Position numbers and translations under genes: made by a program. A stretch of DNA of 64,000 nucleotides, from NCBI GenBank assembly GCA_044230205.1, contig JBGARN010000007.1, positions 3,020 to 67,019 on the forward strand, in the 5' to 3' direction. Under the pieces are notes generated by a model. It did not search any database. It had not been told where the DNA came from and saw nothing but the letters and a program-made list of their open reading frames with translations. Origin of the DNA: Bacteroidia bacterium (GTDB taxonomy: Bacteria > Bacteroidota > Bacteroidia > AKYH767-A > OLB10). Below, one piece after another: positions 55,349-64,000 of this stretch; the first letter of the stretch is position 1; each line of letters begins with the position of its first letter.

Positions 55349-56044
55349 TTATGAATTGCCATAAATTTTCAATACAGTATCACGCAAAGGAGTTCCGTAA
55401 TCAGAACAAATATATTCCATAGCTGCAGCTATATCGCCAGGATTTACCCATTTACTATAGTCAGCATCGGGCATGGCCTGTCGGTTTGCAGGAGTGTCTA
55501 TAGTACCGGGCACAATTACTGATGCTGAGATGTTTTTATTTTTTCCTTCAGCATTAATTACTTCGGCCAAACGAAAGACCAGTGATTTTGAAAAGCCATA
55601 TGCAATGCTCCCCTTAGCATCCTTTCCGCTTAATCCGGGTTTGGAACCAATAAAAATAATTTTCCCGCCTGATGGCTGTGACACCATTTTCTCAAAAACA
55701 GGTTGTGCCAGGTTAAATGCTGTAATAAAATTAAGCTGCAGTTGCTTTTCAAAATCAGCGATGGTAACCTTATGAATATCACCGGCAGCAAATCCGCCAA
55801 TGAGCAGCAACACACCATCAACACTTCCGAAATCAGCAGCAACTTTATTTACAAATAACCGGCACGCTTCAGCATTAGTGGCATTCAATTCATGAACAGA
55901 AAGTGATGGATGGTCATCCATAAAACCCAGCGTGTTCCCATGGCTTACGGTAGCAGCCACATTATAATTCTTTTCCAAAAAAAGCTTTACAGCAGATTGC
56001 CCGAGGTTTCCTTTTGCACCCGAAATAATAATTGTCTTTTTCAT
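55349..56044 (-). CDS. SDR-family oxidoreductase
   Basis: N-terminal IIISGAKGNLG Rossmann motif and a YGFSK active-site context. 231 aa. Confidence 0.75.
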   Translation of the reverse strand: MKKTIIISGAKGNLGQSAVKLFLEKNYNVAATVSHGNTLGFMDDHPSLSVHELNATNAEACRLFVNKVAADFGSVDGVLLLIGGFAAGDIHKVTIADFEKQLQLNFITAFNLAQPVFEKMVSQPSGGKIIFIGSKPGLSGKDAKGSIAYGFSKSLVFRLAEVINAEGKNKNISASVIVPGTIDTPANRQAMPDADYSKWVNPGDIAAAMEYICSDYGTPLRDTVLKIYGNS

Positions 56045-56083
56045 TTTATAAAAATATTCGAGAGCAGAATAATCGTTAAAATT

Positions 56084-56575
56084 TTATTTATTAATTGTTT
56101 TACTCCAGTTTGCATCTGCATTTTTGTTCAGCACCGCTTCATTTGCATTCCACTTTTTTAAGGTGTTCGTAAAATAGAAGTTGTAAAAAAGATAGAGTTT
56201 ACCATTGGTAATTTTAAAGGTTTCCGGGTCAACTTCCACCTTGCTGCCGTCATTTCCCATAGCATAAGCACACCAGCCACCATATTGAGGTTCATACTTT
56301 GCAGGATTAGCTTTGAATAACTCAAGATTTGCTTTGGATGAAAAATTATAGGTAACTCCATTGTACAAATATAGGTTATCCTTCTGACCTTTAACGGCCT
56401 TGCCCGATGTGAAATAGGCAACTGGATCATAACCCTGGATGCCAATGCCTTTCTCAAGATTATAATTCTTTATTCGTTTCGATGTGTTATTATCCTGAGC
56501 ATTTATAGCCAAGCTGAAAAATGAAAGGAAAGTAATTACAAACAACTGATTTGAAATTTTAATAATGGTTTTCAT
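56084..56575 (-). CDS. YHS-like domain (seleno)protein family member, Cys form, secreted
   Basis: Start moved to the ATG at 56575 (MKTIIKISNQLFVITFLSFFSLAINAQ). IQGYDPVAYFTSGKAVKG...YNFSSKANLELFKANPAKYEPQYGGWCAYAMG. The Cys codon is TGT. Confidence 0.7.
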   Translation of the reverse strand: MKTIIKISNQLFVITFLSFFSLAINAQDNNTSKRIKNYNLEKGIGIQGYDPVAYFTSGKAVKGQKDNLYLYNGVTYNFSSKANLELFKANPAKYEPQYGGWCAYAMGNDGSKVEVDPETFKITNGKLYLFYNFYFTNTLKKWNANEAVLNKNADANWSKTINK

Positions 56576-56641
56576 AGAACTATTTTTTGACAAATTAAAT
56601 TGTCCGGCTATAAAACATTTGTCAACCAACAGACATAACCA

Positions 56642-57577
56642 TCACTTTGCAAAATGAAAATTAAAAGCTGCAGTAAGAACCAGTGAGCGTGTTAAACCAT
56701 CTGCGCGGTATTCGCGAACAACCAACGGTGTCCCAAAAGAAAAGTTAAACCCGGTTCTTTTTGAAAAATTATATTGCGCACTGCCTGTAAGATTGAGCGT
56801 TAAGCCATCAGAATTATTCAATTCAATTTCACTTCCATCTTCAATGGTAATTTTATCTTTTTGCAATCGATAAATGGAAAGTAGCCCTGCACTTAATTGT
56901 AAGTTATGCAACCCGAAATTTCTTTCTACTCTCAATAATGCATCATCGCCCCTGTTCAATAAATTAGATTCAAAATAATTTTGCGCATCAGAATTATCCT
57001 GCCAATAACTTCTGAGAAACCTGTTATTATTTTCATTCAACAGTACACGCTGGTAACCGGTACTCAAATTCCATTTTTTAAATTGATAAGAAATTCCAAT
57101 AATCAAATCATAAGTTCCAAGGCTAACCTGGTAAGGCATAGGCAGCGAGCGATTGTTTGCTTCGAGGTCAGCATTACCGGTGGCAATCTTAGTTCCAAGT
57201 GTAACATTGAATTTTGAATATTCATTTTCATTCAATACCTGAGTAATGCTAAAAGCAAGGTCACCGATGCCATTGGTATTGCCTAAATTTCCATTTATAA
57301 ATGAATAGGGAATTTTAAGTTGAATAGAATTGTTTTTAAAAAATGAAAAATCAACTTCAGGTATTGTCTGAAAAATTACTGTGCCCTGTTCGCCTATGCC
57401 GTAACTTAAGGAAAGTTTTGCAGTATGCTTATAGGACGAATCGTTTGTCTCCCTTTGCTGTAATGCTCCAATGGTACAAAAGCCTGCATCGCTGCAACCC
57501 TGTGCTCTTATTATCTGCTGATATAACAGCATTATAACTATAACTGATAAAAAACATCTCATAAAAATTAGTTTCAT
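56642..57577 (-). CDS. Outer-membrane beta-barrel (transporter/porin-like) protein
   Basis: Signal peptide, alternating amphipathic strands, and a C-terminal aromatic residue near the end (AAFNFHFAK). Family assignment is only tentative. Confidence 0.55.
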   Translation of the reverse strand: MKLIFMRCFLSVIVIMLLYQQIIRAQGCSDAGFCTIGALQQRETNDSSYKHTAKLSLSYGIGEQGTVIFQTIPEVDFSFFKNNSIQLKIPYSFINGNLGNTNGIGDLAFSITQVLNENEYSKFNVTLGTKIATGNADLEANNRSLPMPYQVSLGTYDLIIGISYQFKKWNLSTGYQRVLLNENNNRFLRSYWQDNSDAQNYFESNLLNRGDDALLRVERNFGLHNLQLSAGLLSIYRLQKDKITIEDGSEIELNNSDGLTLNLTGSAQYNFSKRTGFNFSFGTPLVVREYRADGLTRSLVLTAAFNFHFAK

Positions 57578-57783
57578 ACAAAGGTATGATTGTGTAATAA
57601 TCTATATGTCAGCGTTCAGACAATTAACTAAACACTTGACCTTTAAATTAGTTTAAGAATTGTAAGAAAATATTAACTGCAAAAAGCATATTATGGAATT
57701 GCAACTTAAAGTAATTGTAAGGTAACCGACAGAAAAATCATTAAGTGCGAATTTCATTTGCATCAAAATTTTAAAACTAATTG

Positions 57784-58734
57784 ATGAACAAAATGAAAAA
57801 TAATCTTTTAGCACTCTTTGCATTTCTATTAATGAGTGCTTCTTTAATTGCGCAACCTGATAAGGGTAAATACTTAGTGAATTTAAATTCTGAAGGAGTA
57901 ATTCTTGATGGCTATGATGCTGTGGCATTTTTTACAGTTAATAAACCGGTTAAAGGAGAAGCGAAATTCGCTTTCAAATATCATGATGCGGTTTATTGGT
58001 TTGCCAGTGAAGAGCATCAGAAGTTATTCATGCAAAATCCTGAGAAGTATGATGTGCAGTTTGGAGGCTACTGCGCTTATGCGGCAGCATTGGGTCGTAC
58101 TGCACCCATTGATGTAAACACTTTTTCAGTAGTTGACAATCGCCTGGTTATTCAACACAATTCGCGTGCAGTTGCAGGCTGGAATAAGGATGTTGCCGGT
58201 AATCTTAAAAAGGCGGATAAGTATTGGCCTGCCATTGTGAAAAATAATGGCAAACAAATTAAAACTGATGAGGAGAAAAAATTCTTAGTCAATACTGATA
58301 AGAACGGAGTAATTATTCAGGGCTATGATGTGGTTTCCTACTTTACTGATAATAAAGCTGTGAAGGGGAATGAAGAATTTACAGCACGATACAATGGTGC
58401 TACGTATTGGTTTACATCACAGGCTCATGCAGAAATGTTTAAGGATAATTCAGAAAAATATGCTCCGCAATACGGTGCATTCTGCGGTTATGCTGTGAGC
58501 TTAAAAAAACTCCGCCCTGTTGACCCTAATATATTTCAAATTGAGGACGGAAGATTAATTCTTCAGCATACACAGCAAGCGTATGAACTTTTTAATAAGA
58601 ACACTAAGGGCAATGTGGCGCTGGCTGATAAAAACTGGCCTGAGTTGGTGAAGAAACGTGCAGGAAAAAAAGTAAAATTTGATAAACCTGCTAAACCGGC
58701 TCCATCATCGCCAAATGCAGTTAGCAGCAAATAA
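57784..58734 (+). CDS. Tandem double YHS-like domain (seleno)protein family member, Cys form, secreted
   Basis: Signal peptide. Two copies of the module (ILDGYDAVAFF...YWFASEEHQKLFMQNPEKYDVQFGGYCAYA and IIQGYDVVSYF...YWFTSQAHAEMFKDNSEKYAPQYGAFCGYA). Both Cys codons are TGC. Confidence 0.7.
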   Translation: MNKMKNNLLALFAFLLMSASLIAQPDKGKYLVNLNSEGVILDGYDAVAFFTVNKPVKGEAKFAFKYHDAVYWFASEEHQKLFMQNPEKYDVQFGGYCAYAAALGRTAPIDVNTFSVVDNRLVIQHNSRAVAGWNKDVAGNLKKADKYWPAIVKNNGKQIKTDEEKKFLVNTDKNGVIIQGYDVVSYFTDNKAVKGNEEFTARYNGATYWFTSQAHAEMFKDNSEKYAPQYGAFCGYAVSLKKLRPVDPNIFQIEDGRLILQHTQQAYELFNKNTKGNVALADKNWPELVKKRAGKKVKFDKPAKPAPSSPNAVSSK

Positions 58735-58792
58735 TTCTTTTCACTATCAGTAAAGAAGAATATTGATTTTAAAAAACAAAAAAAACTAGAAA

Positions 58793-59284
58793 ATGAAAGA
58801 AGCTTTAAAAATAACTTTAATAGTAGCAGCATGGCTGTCGCTGTTTGTTTACCCGGCAATGGCACAGGTAAACACAAAATCATCCTTGTCTTTAAACGGT
58901 GCAAAAAAAATAGCAGATGCTGCAGTTGCTGAAGCGAAAAGGAATAATGCCGGTGGATCAATCGCAATTGTTGATGAAGGCGGAAACCTGATGTATATGG
59001 TACGCATTGATGGTACATTTACTGCAAGTGCTGAAGTTGCAATAGGAAAGGCCACTACTGCTGCACATTTTAAAAAACCGACATCAGTTTTTGAAGAAGC
59101 CATTACCAAGGGTCGCGTTACTATGAACACACTGCCTGCTGTTACGCGTTTTACACCATTGCAGGGCGGTGTTCCTATAATTTACAATGGAGAGATTGTT
59201 GGAGCCATTGGCGTGAGTGGCTCAATGAGCGCGCAGCAGGATGAAGACATTGCAAAGGTGGCAGCACAAATAAAATTTGATTAA
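58793..59284 (+). CDS. GlcG/HbpS-family (DUF336) heme-binding protein, secreted
   Basis: GGSIAIVDEGGNLMYMVRIDG ... GGVPIIYNGEIVGAIGVSG. Confidence 0.8.
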   Translation: MKEALKITLIVAAWLSLFVYPAMAQVNTKSSLSLNGAKKIADAAVAEAKRNNAGGSIAIVDEGGNLMYMVRIDGTFTASAEVAIGKATTAAHFKKPTSVFEEAITKGRVTMNTLPAVTRFTPLQGGVPIIYNGEIVGAIGVSGSMSAQQDEDIAKVAAQIKFD

Positions 59285-59303
59285 TAATATGAAGTAACTG
59301 TTA

Positions 59304-59373
59304 AGGTCACTCTGAGCGAAGTAGAAGTACACAAGAACTAAGTATGTGCACCTCACTTGGCCCAGGATAACCC
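59304..59373. repeat. Degenerate second copy of the GTCAC.CTGAGCG.AGT.GAAG inverted-repeat element
   Basis: AGGTCACTCTGAGCGAAGTAGAAGT (59304-59328) matches the 40941 arm at about 23 of 26 positions. The right arm CACCTCACTTGGCCCAGGATAACCC is more decayed. Confidence 0.55.
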
Positions 59374-59400
59374 ATGCACTAAAGCAAAACAAAAACACAA

Positions 59401-61026
59401 ATGAAAAAGATAATATACATCATAATGTTCTGTTTAATTATTACTGCAAAAGTAAAATCGCAGAATATAACTGAATTGGAAGTTGGCAAGCCACAGGCAA
59501 TTGTGAACCTGGCTACAACTGATGGAATTCAATTAATAAAGGGTTCCTGGAAATACAGTGATGCAAAAGTTGTTGATGTGGATTTCAAAGCTGCAGGGCC
59601 AGACAGAAAGCCGTCCGGAGCTGCAATAACTACCAATGATATATTTCCAAAAGCCGGTGCTGTAAATTTTGATGATTCAAAATGGGAAACAATTGAACCG
59701 GCTTCACTCGATAAAAGGAGGGGCACAGGTAAAGTAAGCTTTAACTGGTACCGGTTGAATTTTACAATACCTGAAAGAGTTGGAAATTTTGCAACCGCTA
59801 ATTCTGCAATCTATTTTGAAATTGTTGTTGATGATTATGCAGAAGTGTGGGTAAATGGTTTGCTGCAAAAATCAATCGGTCAAAAAGGAAATTCTGCTAT
59901 AAGCGGATACAATTCCCGCAACAGGATTAAACTTACTGAACATGCAGTGCCGGGAGAAAAGTTTCAACTGGCAGTTTTCGGAATCAATGGCCCACTGAGT
60001 GATATTCCGGATAATTATATCTGGATAAGGAGTGCAACCTTGGATTTTTATAATGAGGCTCCTCACACTTCATCCTACCAGGTGATTGAAAAAAGTATTG
60101 AACGTATAAGCCCCGGGTTAGATGAAATTATTTCAGCAGATAATAATCTGGAACGATTGGCTAATGGATTCCAGTTTACTGAAGGCCCCGTTTGGAGTCC
60201 TGATGGCTATTTATTATTCAGTGATCCGAATCAAAATGTAATTTATCGTTACTCACAAACAGGAGACGTGACTGTATACAGAACCAAGAGTGGGTATGCA
60301 GGAGTTGATATCGGTGAGTATCATCAACCCGGCAGTAATGGATTAACATTTGATAAAGAAGGAAGGCTTACAATATGTGAACATGGAAACAGGCGTGTTA
60401 CCCGTATTGAAAAAAACGGAGTAGTAACAGTGCTTGTTGATAATTATGGCGGGAAAAAATTAAATTCTCCGAACGATTTGGTATACCGAAGCGATGGTGC
60501 ATTATTTTTTACTGACCCGCCTTATGGATTGCCTAAAGCTTTTGATGATAAAAGAAAGGAGCTTGCTTTCTCAGGAGTGTATTGTGTGATAAAAGGAAAA
60601 ATAAAATTAGCAGCTAAAGATTTTAAAGGTCCTAACGGAATTGCATTCTCACCGGATGAAAAATATTTGTATGTAAGTAACTGGGATGTTACCGACATTC
60701 ATCATACTAAACTAATAATGCGTTATGAAGTTAATGCAGACGGAAGCCTGAAAAATGGCAAGGAGTTTTATAACATGAATAGCGAACCGGGTGATTTAGC
60801 TTTAGATGGACTGAAGGTGGATACAAAGGGAAATATATTTTCATCAGGGCCAAGCGGCATTTTTATCATTTCGCCTGAAGCAAAATTATTAGGCAAAATT
60901 AATTTGCCTGAACATGCCGCAAACATGGCCTGGGGTGATGATGGTAAATCTCTTTATATCACAGCAAGTACAGGGCTTTATCGTATTCGCTTAAATATTC
61001 CCGGTAAGCTTACCGCATTGAAATAA
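59401..61026 (+). CDS. Secreted SMP-30/gluconolactonase/LRE-family beta-propeller with N-terminal galactose-binding-like jelly-roll domain
   Basis: N-terminal FNWYRLNFTIP...IYFEIVVDDYAEVWVNG. C-terminal FTEGPVWSPDGYLLFSD, NGLTFDKEGRL, PNDLVYRSDGALFFTDP, PNGIAFSPDEKYLYV. Confidence 0.75.
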   Translation: MKKIIYIIMFCLIITAKVKSQNITELEVGKPQAIVNLATTDGIQLIKGSWKYSDAKVVDVDFKAAGPDRKPSGAAITTNDIFPKAGAVNFDDSKWETIEPASLDKRRGTGKVSFNWYRLNFTIPERVGNFATANSAIYFEIVVDDYAEVWVNGLLQKSIGQKGNSAISGYNSRNRIKLTEHAVPGEKFQLAVFGINGPLSDIPDNYIWIRSATLDFYNEAPHTSSYQVIEKSIERISPGLDEIISADNNLERLANGFQFTEGPVWSPDGYLLFSDPNQNVIYRYSQTGDVTVYRTKSGYAGVDIGEYHQPGSNGLTFDKEGRLTICEHGNRRVTRIEKNGVVTVLVDNYGGKKLNSPNDLVYRSDGALFFTDPPYGLPKAFDDKRKELAFSGVYCVIKGKIKLAAKDFKGPNGIAFSPDEKYLYVSNWDVTDIHHTKLIMRYEVNADGSLKNGKEFYNMNSEPGDLALDGLKVDTKGNIFSSGPSGIFIISPEAKLLGKINLPEHAANMAWGDDGKSLYITASTGLYRIRLNIPGKLTALK

Positions 61027-61107
61027 AATCTTAAGAGTCAAAAGTCAGACCTATGACATTTAGCAATTTCATTTAAGCGGATGTTTGCCACATAAAAATA
61101 ACAACAT

Positions 61108-61530
61108 ATGAATTATCAAAAAATAATACTGAACACAGCACGGGTTCTTGCAGCATTAATAATGGTGCAGACCTTATTCTTCAAATTTACCGGGGCTGAA
61201 GAATCTATTTACATTTTTACAAAGGTTGGGGCAGAGCCGGGTGGAAGAATTGCAACAGGGATATTAGAATTGATGGCATCTGTATTACTATTTGTTCCAT
61301 CATGGAGATGGTTGGGCGCTTTATCGGGTACAGGACTTATGACCGGGGCTATTCTTTCCCATTTTACCATTCTAGGAATTGAGGTAATGAATGATGGCGG
61401 TTACTTGTTTTTCCTGGCAGCAGTTGTTTTGTGCTGTTGTTTAATCATACTGGTGCTTGACAGAAAAAATATTCCATTGCTTAAAAATTTACTGGTTAGA
61501 GAAAATCTTGAAACACAAAATATTAAATAA
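61108..61530 (+). CDS. DoxX-family membrane protein
   Basis: 140 aa, four TM helices, RVLAALIMVQTLFFKF and GILELMASVLLFVP typical of DoxX. Confidence 0.6.
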   Translation: MNYQKIILNTARVLAALIMVQTLFFKFTGAEESIYIFTKVGAEPGGRIATGILELMASVLLFVPSWRWLGALSGTGLMTGAILSHFTILGIEVMNDGGYLFFLAAVVLCCCLIILVLDRKNIPLLKNLLVRENLETQNIK

Positions 61531-62561
61531 TGAAAAAAATTATCGGATTAACATTAGTAGCATTTACCATTTATGCTTTTTCAGCGCAGGCTCAGCGCAA
61601 AGTTTTAATAGAGCAATTTACCAATAGCGGTTGCCCGCCATGTGCTGTCAGTACACCTGTAATTGCATCGTATGTAAATAACAATCTCAACCAGGTGTTG
61701 ATGCTCGCATATCACACATCGTATCCCTACCTGGATTCAATGTATTTTGAAAATGCTTTTCAGTCAGATCAGCGGGTTTCGTTTTACAATGTTGGAGGCG
61801 TGCCTTATTCAGTTGTTGATGGAAATTATTACAAAGGCTCATCGGCACCATTGGTTTCAATGTTGTCATCTTCCATCAGTAATCGTGCAGCAGTGGCTCC
61901 CCGATATAACATCAGTTTTATATCTACCATACTCACGGGTAATACAATCAATCTTACCATAGCATTTCAATCTACTGACTCATTGAATCAAAATGAAAAC
62001 CTGGTGGCAAGAGTGGTTGTTGCAGAAAAGAATGTTTTAAAAAGTTCTTATGCAGCTACTCCTGGTTATAATAATGAAACTGAATATCCATGGGTGGTGA
62101 GAAGAATGCTGCCTGATGAAAATGGAACGTACCTGTATAATAAATCACTGGGCAGTTCTGATACTGTTTCTCTTAGCTGGACGGCAAATAATTTTAAAGA
62201 TTTAAATGAAATGAGAGTTGTAGCATTTGTTCAGAATGCAAATACAGATGAAATTTATCAATCGGAAATTGGAATACCCGGAAGCTTCACTAGTGTAAAT
62301 ACAATTGAAGAAAGCAACAGTTATAGCTTTACACTGTATCCTGTTATTGCATCTGCAAATTTTAAAGTGCAATTTCTGAAACAGGGTCCATACGTGCTTA
62401 AAATATATAATGCCATTGGTAAACTCTTATATAAAAGTGATATTAAAAAGAGTCAATTATCGGAGCAATTCAGTACTCAAAACTTTAAAAACGGAATCTA
62501 TTATGTTGTAGTGGAAAGCAATGGTATACCTGAAACTAAAAGGCTTATAATAAATAAATAG
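61530..62561 (+). CDS. Omp28-related thioredoxin-fold protein with CPPC motif and T9SS CTD
   Basis: The start overlaps the DoxX stop (TAATG). Signal peptide. KVLIEQFTNSGCPPCA. C-terminal YPVIASANFKVQF...GIYYVVVESNG...RLIINK. Confidence 0.65.
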   Translation: MKKIIGLTLVAFTIYAFSAQAQRKVLIEQFTNSGCPPCAVSTPVIASYVNNNLNQVLMLAYHTSYPYLDSMYFENAFQSDQRVSFYNVGGVPYSVVDGNYYKGSSAPLVSMLSSSISNRAAVAPRYNISFISTILTGNTINLTIAFQSTDSLNQNENLVARVVVAEKNVLKSSYAATPGYNNETEYPWVVRRMLPDENGTYLYNKSLGSSDTVSLSWTANNFKDLNEMRVVAFVQNANTDEIYQSEIGIPGSFTSVNTIEESNSYSFTLYPVIASANFKVQFLKQGPYVLKIYNAIGKLLYKSDIKKSQLSEQFSTQNFKNGIYYVVVESNGIPETKRLIINK

Positions 62562-62565
62562 TATA

Positions 62566-63279
62566 ATGGTTAGGTTGTTTTTATTGAACTTTGCTCCGTA
62601 TTTAATATGGGGCATTTTTTCTTTAGCTCCATATCAAGCCAATGCCCAACAACCTGTTAAGCAATTTCATCCTGAACATTTTGATCCTGTATACTACAAT
62701 CAATTTGGTTCAGATAAGATCATTCCAAAAGAAATTTCGAACCAGGTTTTGCTGGCACTTTCATTTTTCCCGGAATTAAAATATGCGAAAATTAAATTCA
62801 GTCTTTGCGAGAGACATTCGCCACTTTCTTCAAGGCCAACTTTTATTAGTTGCTTTAAAAGAAAAAGAAACAGGAAGTTTGTAATTTCCATTAGCACAAA
62901 AACATCTGAAAAATTATCACCTATACTTTTTGAAAATCTTCCTTACAATGCTCAGGTAGGTGTGCTTGGCCATGAGCTAAGTCATGTAAGTGATTTTGCA
63001 TCAAGAGGGTTCTTTGGTTTAATTCGGATTGGAGTTGGACATGTTTCTAAAAAATTTATGGACAATTTTGAAAACAAAACAGATATGATTTGCATCAGGC
63101 ATGGCCTCGGATATCAATTAATGGAATGGAGTAAATATGTAAGAACTGCTTTGCAAATTCAAGAATGGTACGGTGCTGATAATCCTGAATCTTTTCAAAA
63201 GCGATCATTCAAAAGGGAGCGTTACATGAGCCCTCCTTCAATTCAGCATCAAATAGACCTGCTGACATTATACAGGTAG
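62566..63279 (+). CDS. Secreted hypothetical protein with HExxH motif (possible metallopeptidase)
   Basis: Signal-like N-terminus ending ANAQ. GVLGHELSHV. Family not recognised. Confidence 0.45.
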   Translation: MVRLFLLNFAPYLIWGIFSLAPYQANAQQPVKQFHPEHFDPVYYNQFGSDKIIPKEISNQVLLALSFFPELKYAKIKFSLCERHSPLSSRPTFISCFKRKRNRKFVISISTKTSEKLSPILFENLPYNAQVGVLGHELSHVSDFASRGFFGLIRIGVGHVSKKFMDNFENKTDMICIRHGLGYQLMEWSKYVRTALQIQEWYGADNPESFQKRSFKRERYMSPPSIQHQIDLLTLYR

Positions 63280-63368
63280 CATCAGAAAATCCATCATGTA
63301 TTGTCGGTTATGCGACATGTTAAAAACCGGTGTGAACCTATTTTTGGTGTTATTAAAAACAACAGAAA

Positions 63369-63878
63369 ATGTCACTACAAAATTCATCGGAAGAAATCTT
63401 AAGCCAGTTAATTGATTTAATTGACAGCATGGAACCTGAGCAATACCAATCTCCGGTTGATGCATTATCAAAAAGCAGCATTGGCGCTCATGTGCGTCAC
63501 ATTATAGAATTTTATGACTGCTTGCTTAAAGGTCACGATACCGGTTTGGTTAACTATGATGCCCGTGTAAGAAATTACTTACTGGAAACAGACATGTATT
63601 TCGCCTTGCAGGTATTGCTCAACATTATTCAGAAAGTAAATTCCATAAGGAGTGATAAAATGCTCATGATTAGTTTAGATCTGTCAACACAAAACAATCC
63701 TATCGTAATTGATACAACTTATTACCGCGAGCTTGCTTATAATATAGAGCATGCTATACATCACATGGCAATTATCCGGATTGGTGTTGCTACAGCATAT
63801 CCAAAGGTTACAGTTGAACAAAATTTCGGTGTTGCATATTCTACAGTAAAATTCAAGAAACAAGTATGTGCACAGTAA
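63369..63878 (+). CDS. DinB-like four-helix-bundle family protein
   Basis: GAHVRHIIEFYDCLL ... IEHAIHHMAIIR histidine pattern. Confidence 0.5.
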   Translation: MSLQNSSEEILSQLIDLIDSMEPEQYQSPVDALSKSSIGAHVRHIIEFYDCLLKGHDTGLVNYDARVRNYLLETDMYFALQVLLNIIQKVNSIRSDKMLMISLDLSTQNNPIVIDTTYYRELAYNIEHAIHHMAIIRIGVATAYPKVTVEQNFGVAYSTVKFKKQVCAQ

Positions 63879-64000
63879 CATTCCTTCCATTAAGTAATAA
63901 GGGTTTTGTGCTTACGAGTAATCGTGATGAACAGATCGTTCGTAAACCGGCATTGTCACCAAAAATTTACCAGGTTTATGATTCATTAGTTGTTTTTCCA
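63866..64000 (+). CDS. NRDE-family (TANGO2-like) protein, N-terminal fragment running off the window
   Basis: My translation from ATG 63866 is MCTVTFLPLSNKGFVLTSNRDEQIVRKPALSPKIYQVYDSLVVFP. It has an N-terminal Cys2 and the NRDE motif, and overlaps the upstream gene by 13 nt. Confidence 0.65.
   Translation, partial: MCTVTFLPLSNKGFVLTSNRDEQIVRKPALSPKIYQVYDSLVVFP

Noticed and set aside
56084-58734. Selenocysteine recoding in the YHS-like genes
   Set aside because: The position that can be Sec in this family is encoded by TGT or TGC in all three domains. No in-frame TGA is needed to keep the frames open.

Overview
AT-rich chromosomal segment that looks like a Bacteroidota genome. The evidence is seven proteins with type IX secretion (T9SS) C-terminal sorting domains, TAnnTTTG-type promoter boxes, and Bacteroidota-style domain architectures such as Y_Y_Y sensor kinases and TPR-adenylate cyclase. 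About 55 genes are packed mostly on the + strand. Housekeeping genes include dnaE, trxA, rarA, a PlsC-type acyltransferase and an AlkB-type monooxygenase. Regulators include a sensor kinase with a LuxR-type response regulator, a sigma-54 activator, Crp/Fnr and AraC. There is also a sugar-oxidation cluster (GH63-like glucosidase, archaeal-type glucose dehydrogenase, frameshifted glycogen-debranching gene, GMC oxidoreductase) and a redox-flavoured cluster built around YHS-like proteins. I found no rRNA, tRNA, CRISPR array, transposase, integrase or recognisable defence genes. No clear-cut novel multi-gene system stands out. The strongest unexplained signals are: (1) a 94-bp tandem array of about nine covarying hairpins with an invariant CCGTAAG loop at 36121-36528; (2) a four-helix-bundle (23S-IVS-type) gene enclosed by a 22-bp inverted repeat inside a membrane redox operon at 53486-53932; (3) a T9SS-tagged tail-fibre protein with a self-cleaving S74 chaperone domain; (4) paralogous YHS-like proteins flanking a porin; (5) several families of short hairpin/G-tract repeats, one embedded in frame in a decaying gene. 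All family names come from motifs I recognise by eye. No database search or folding computation was run.
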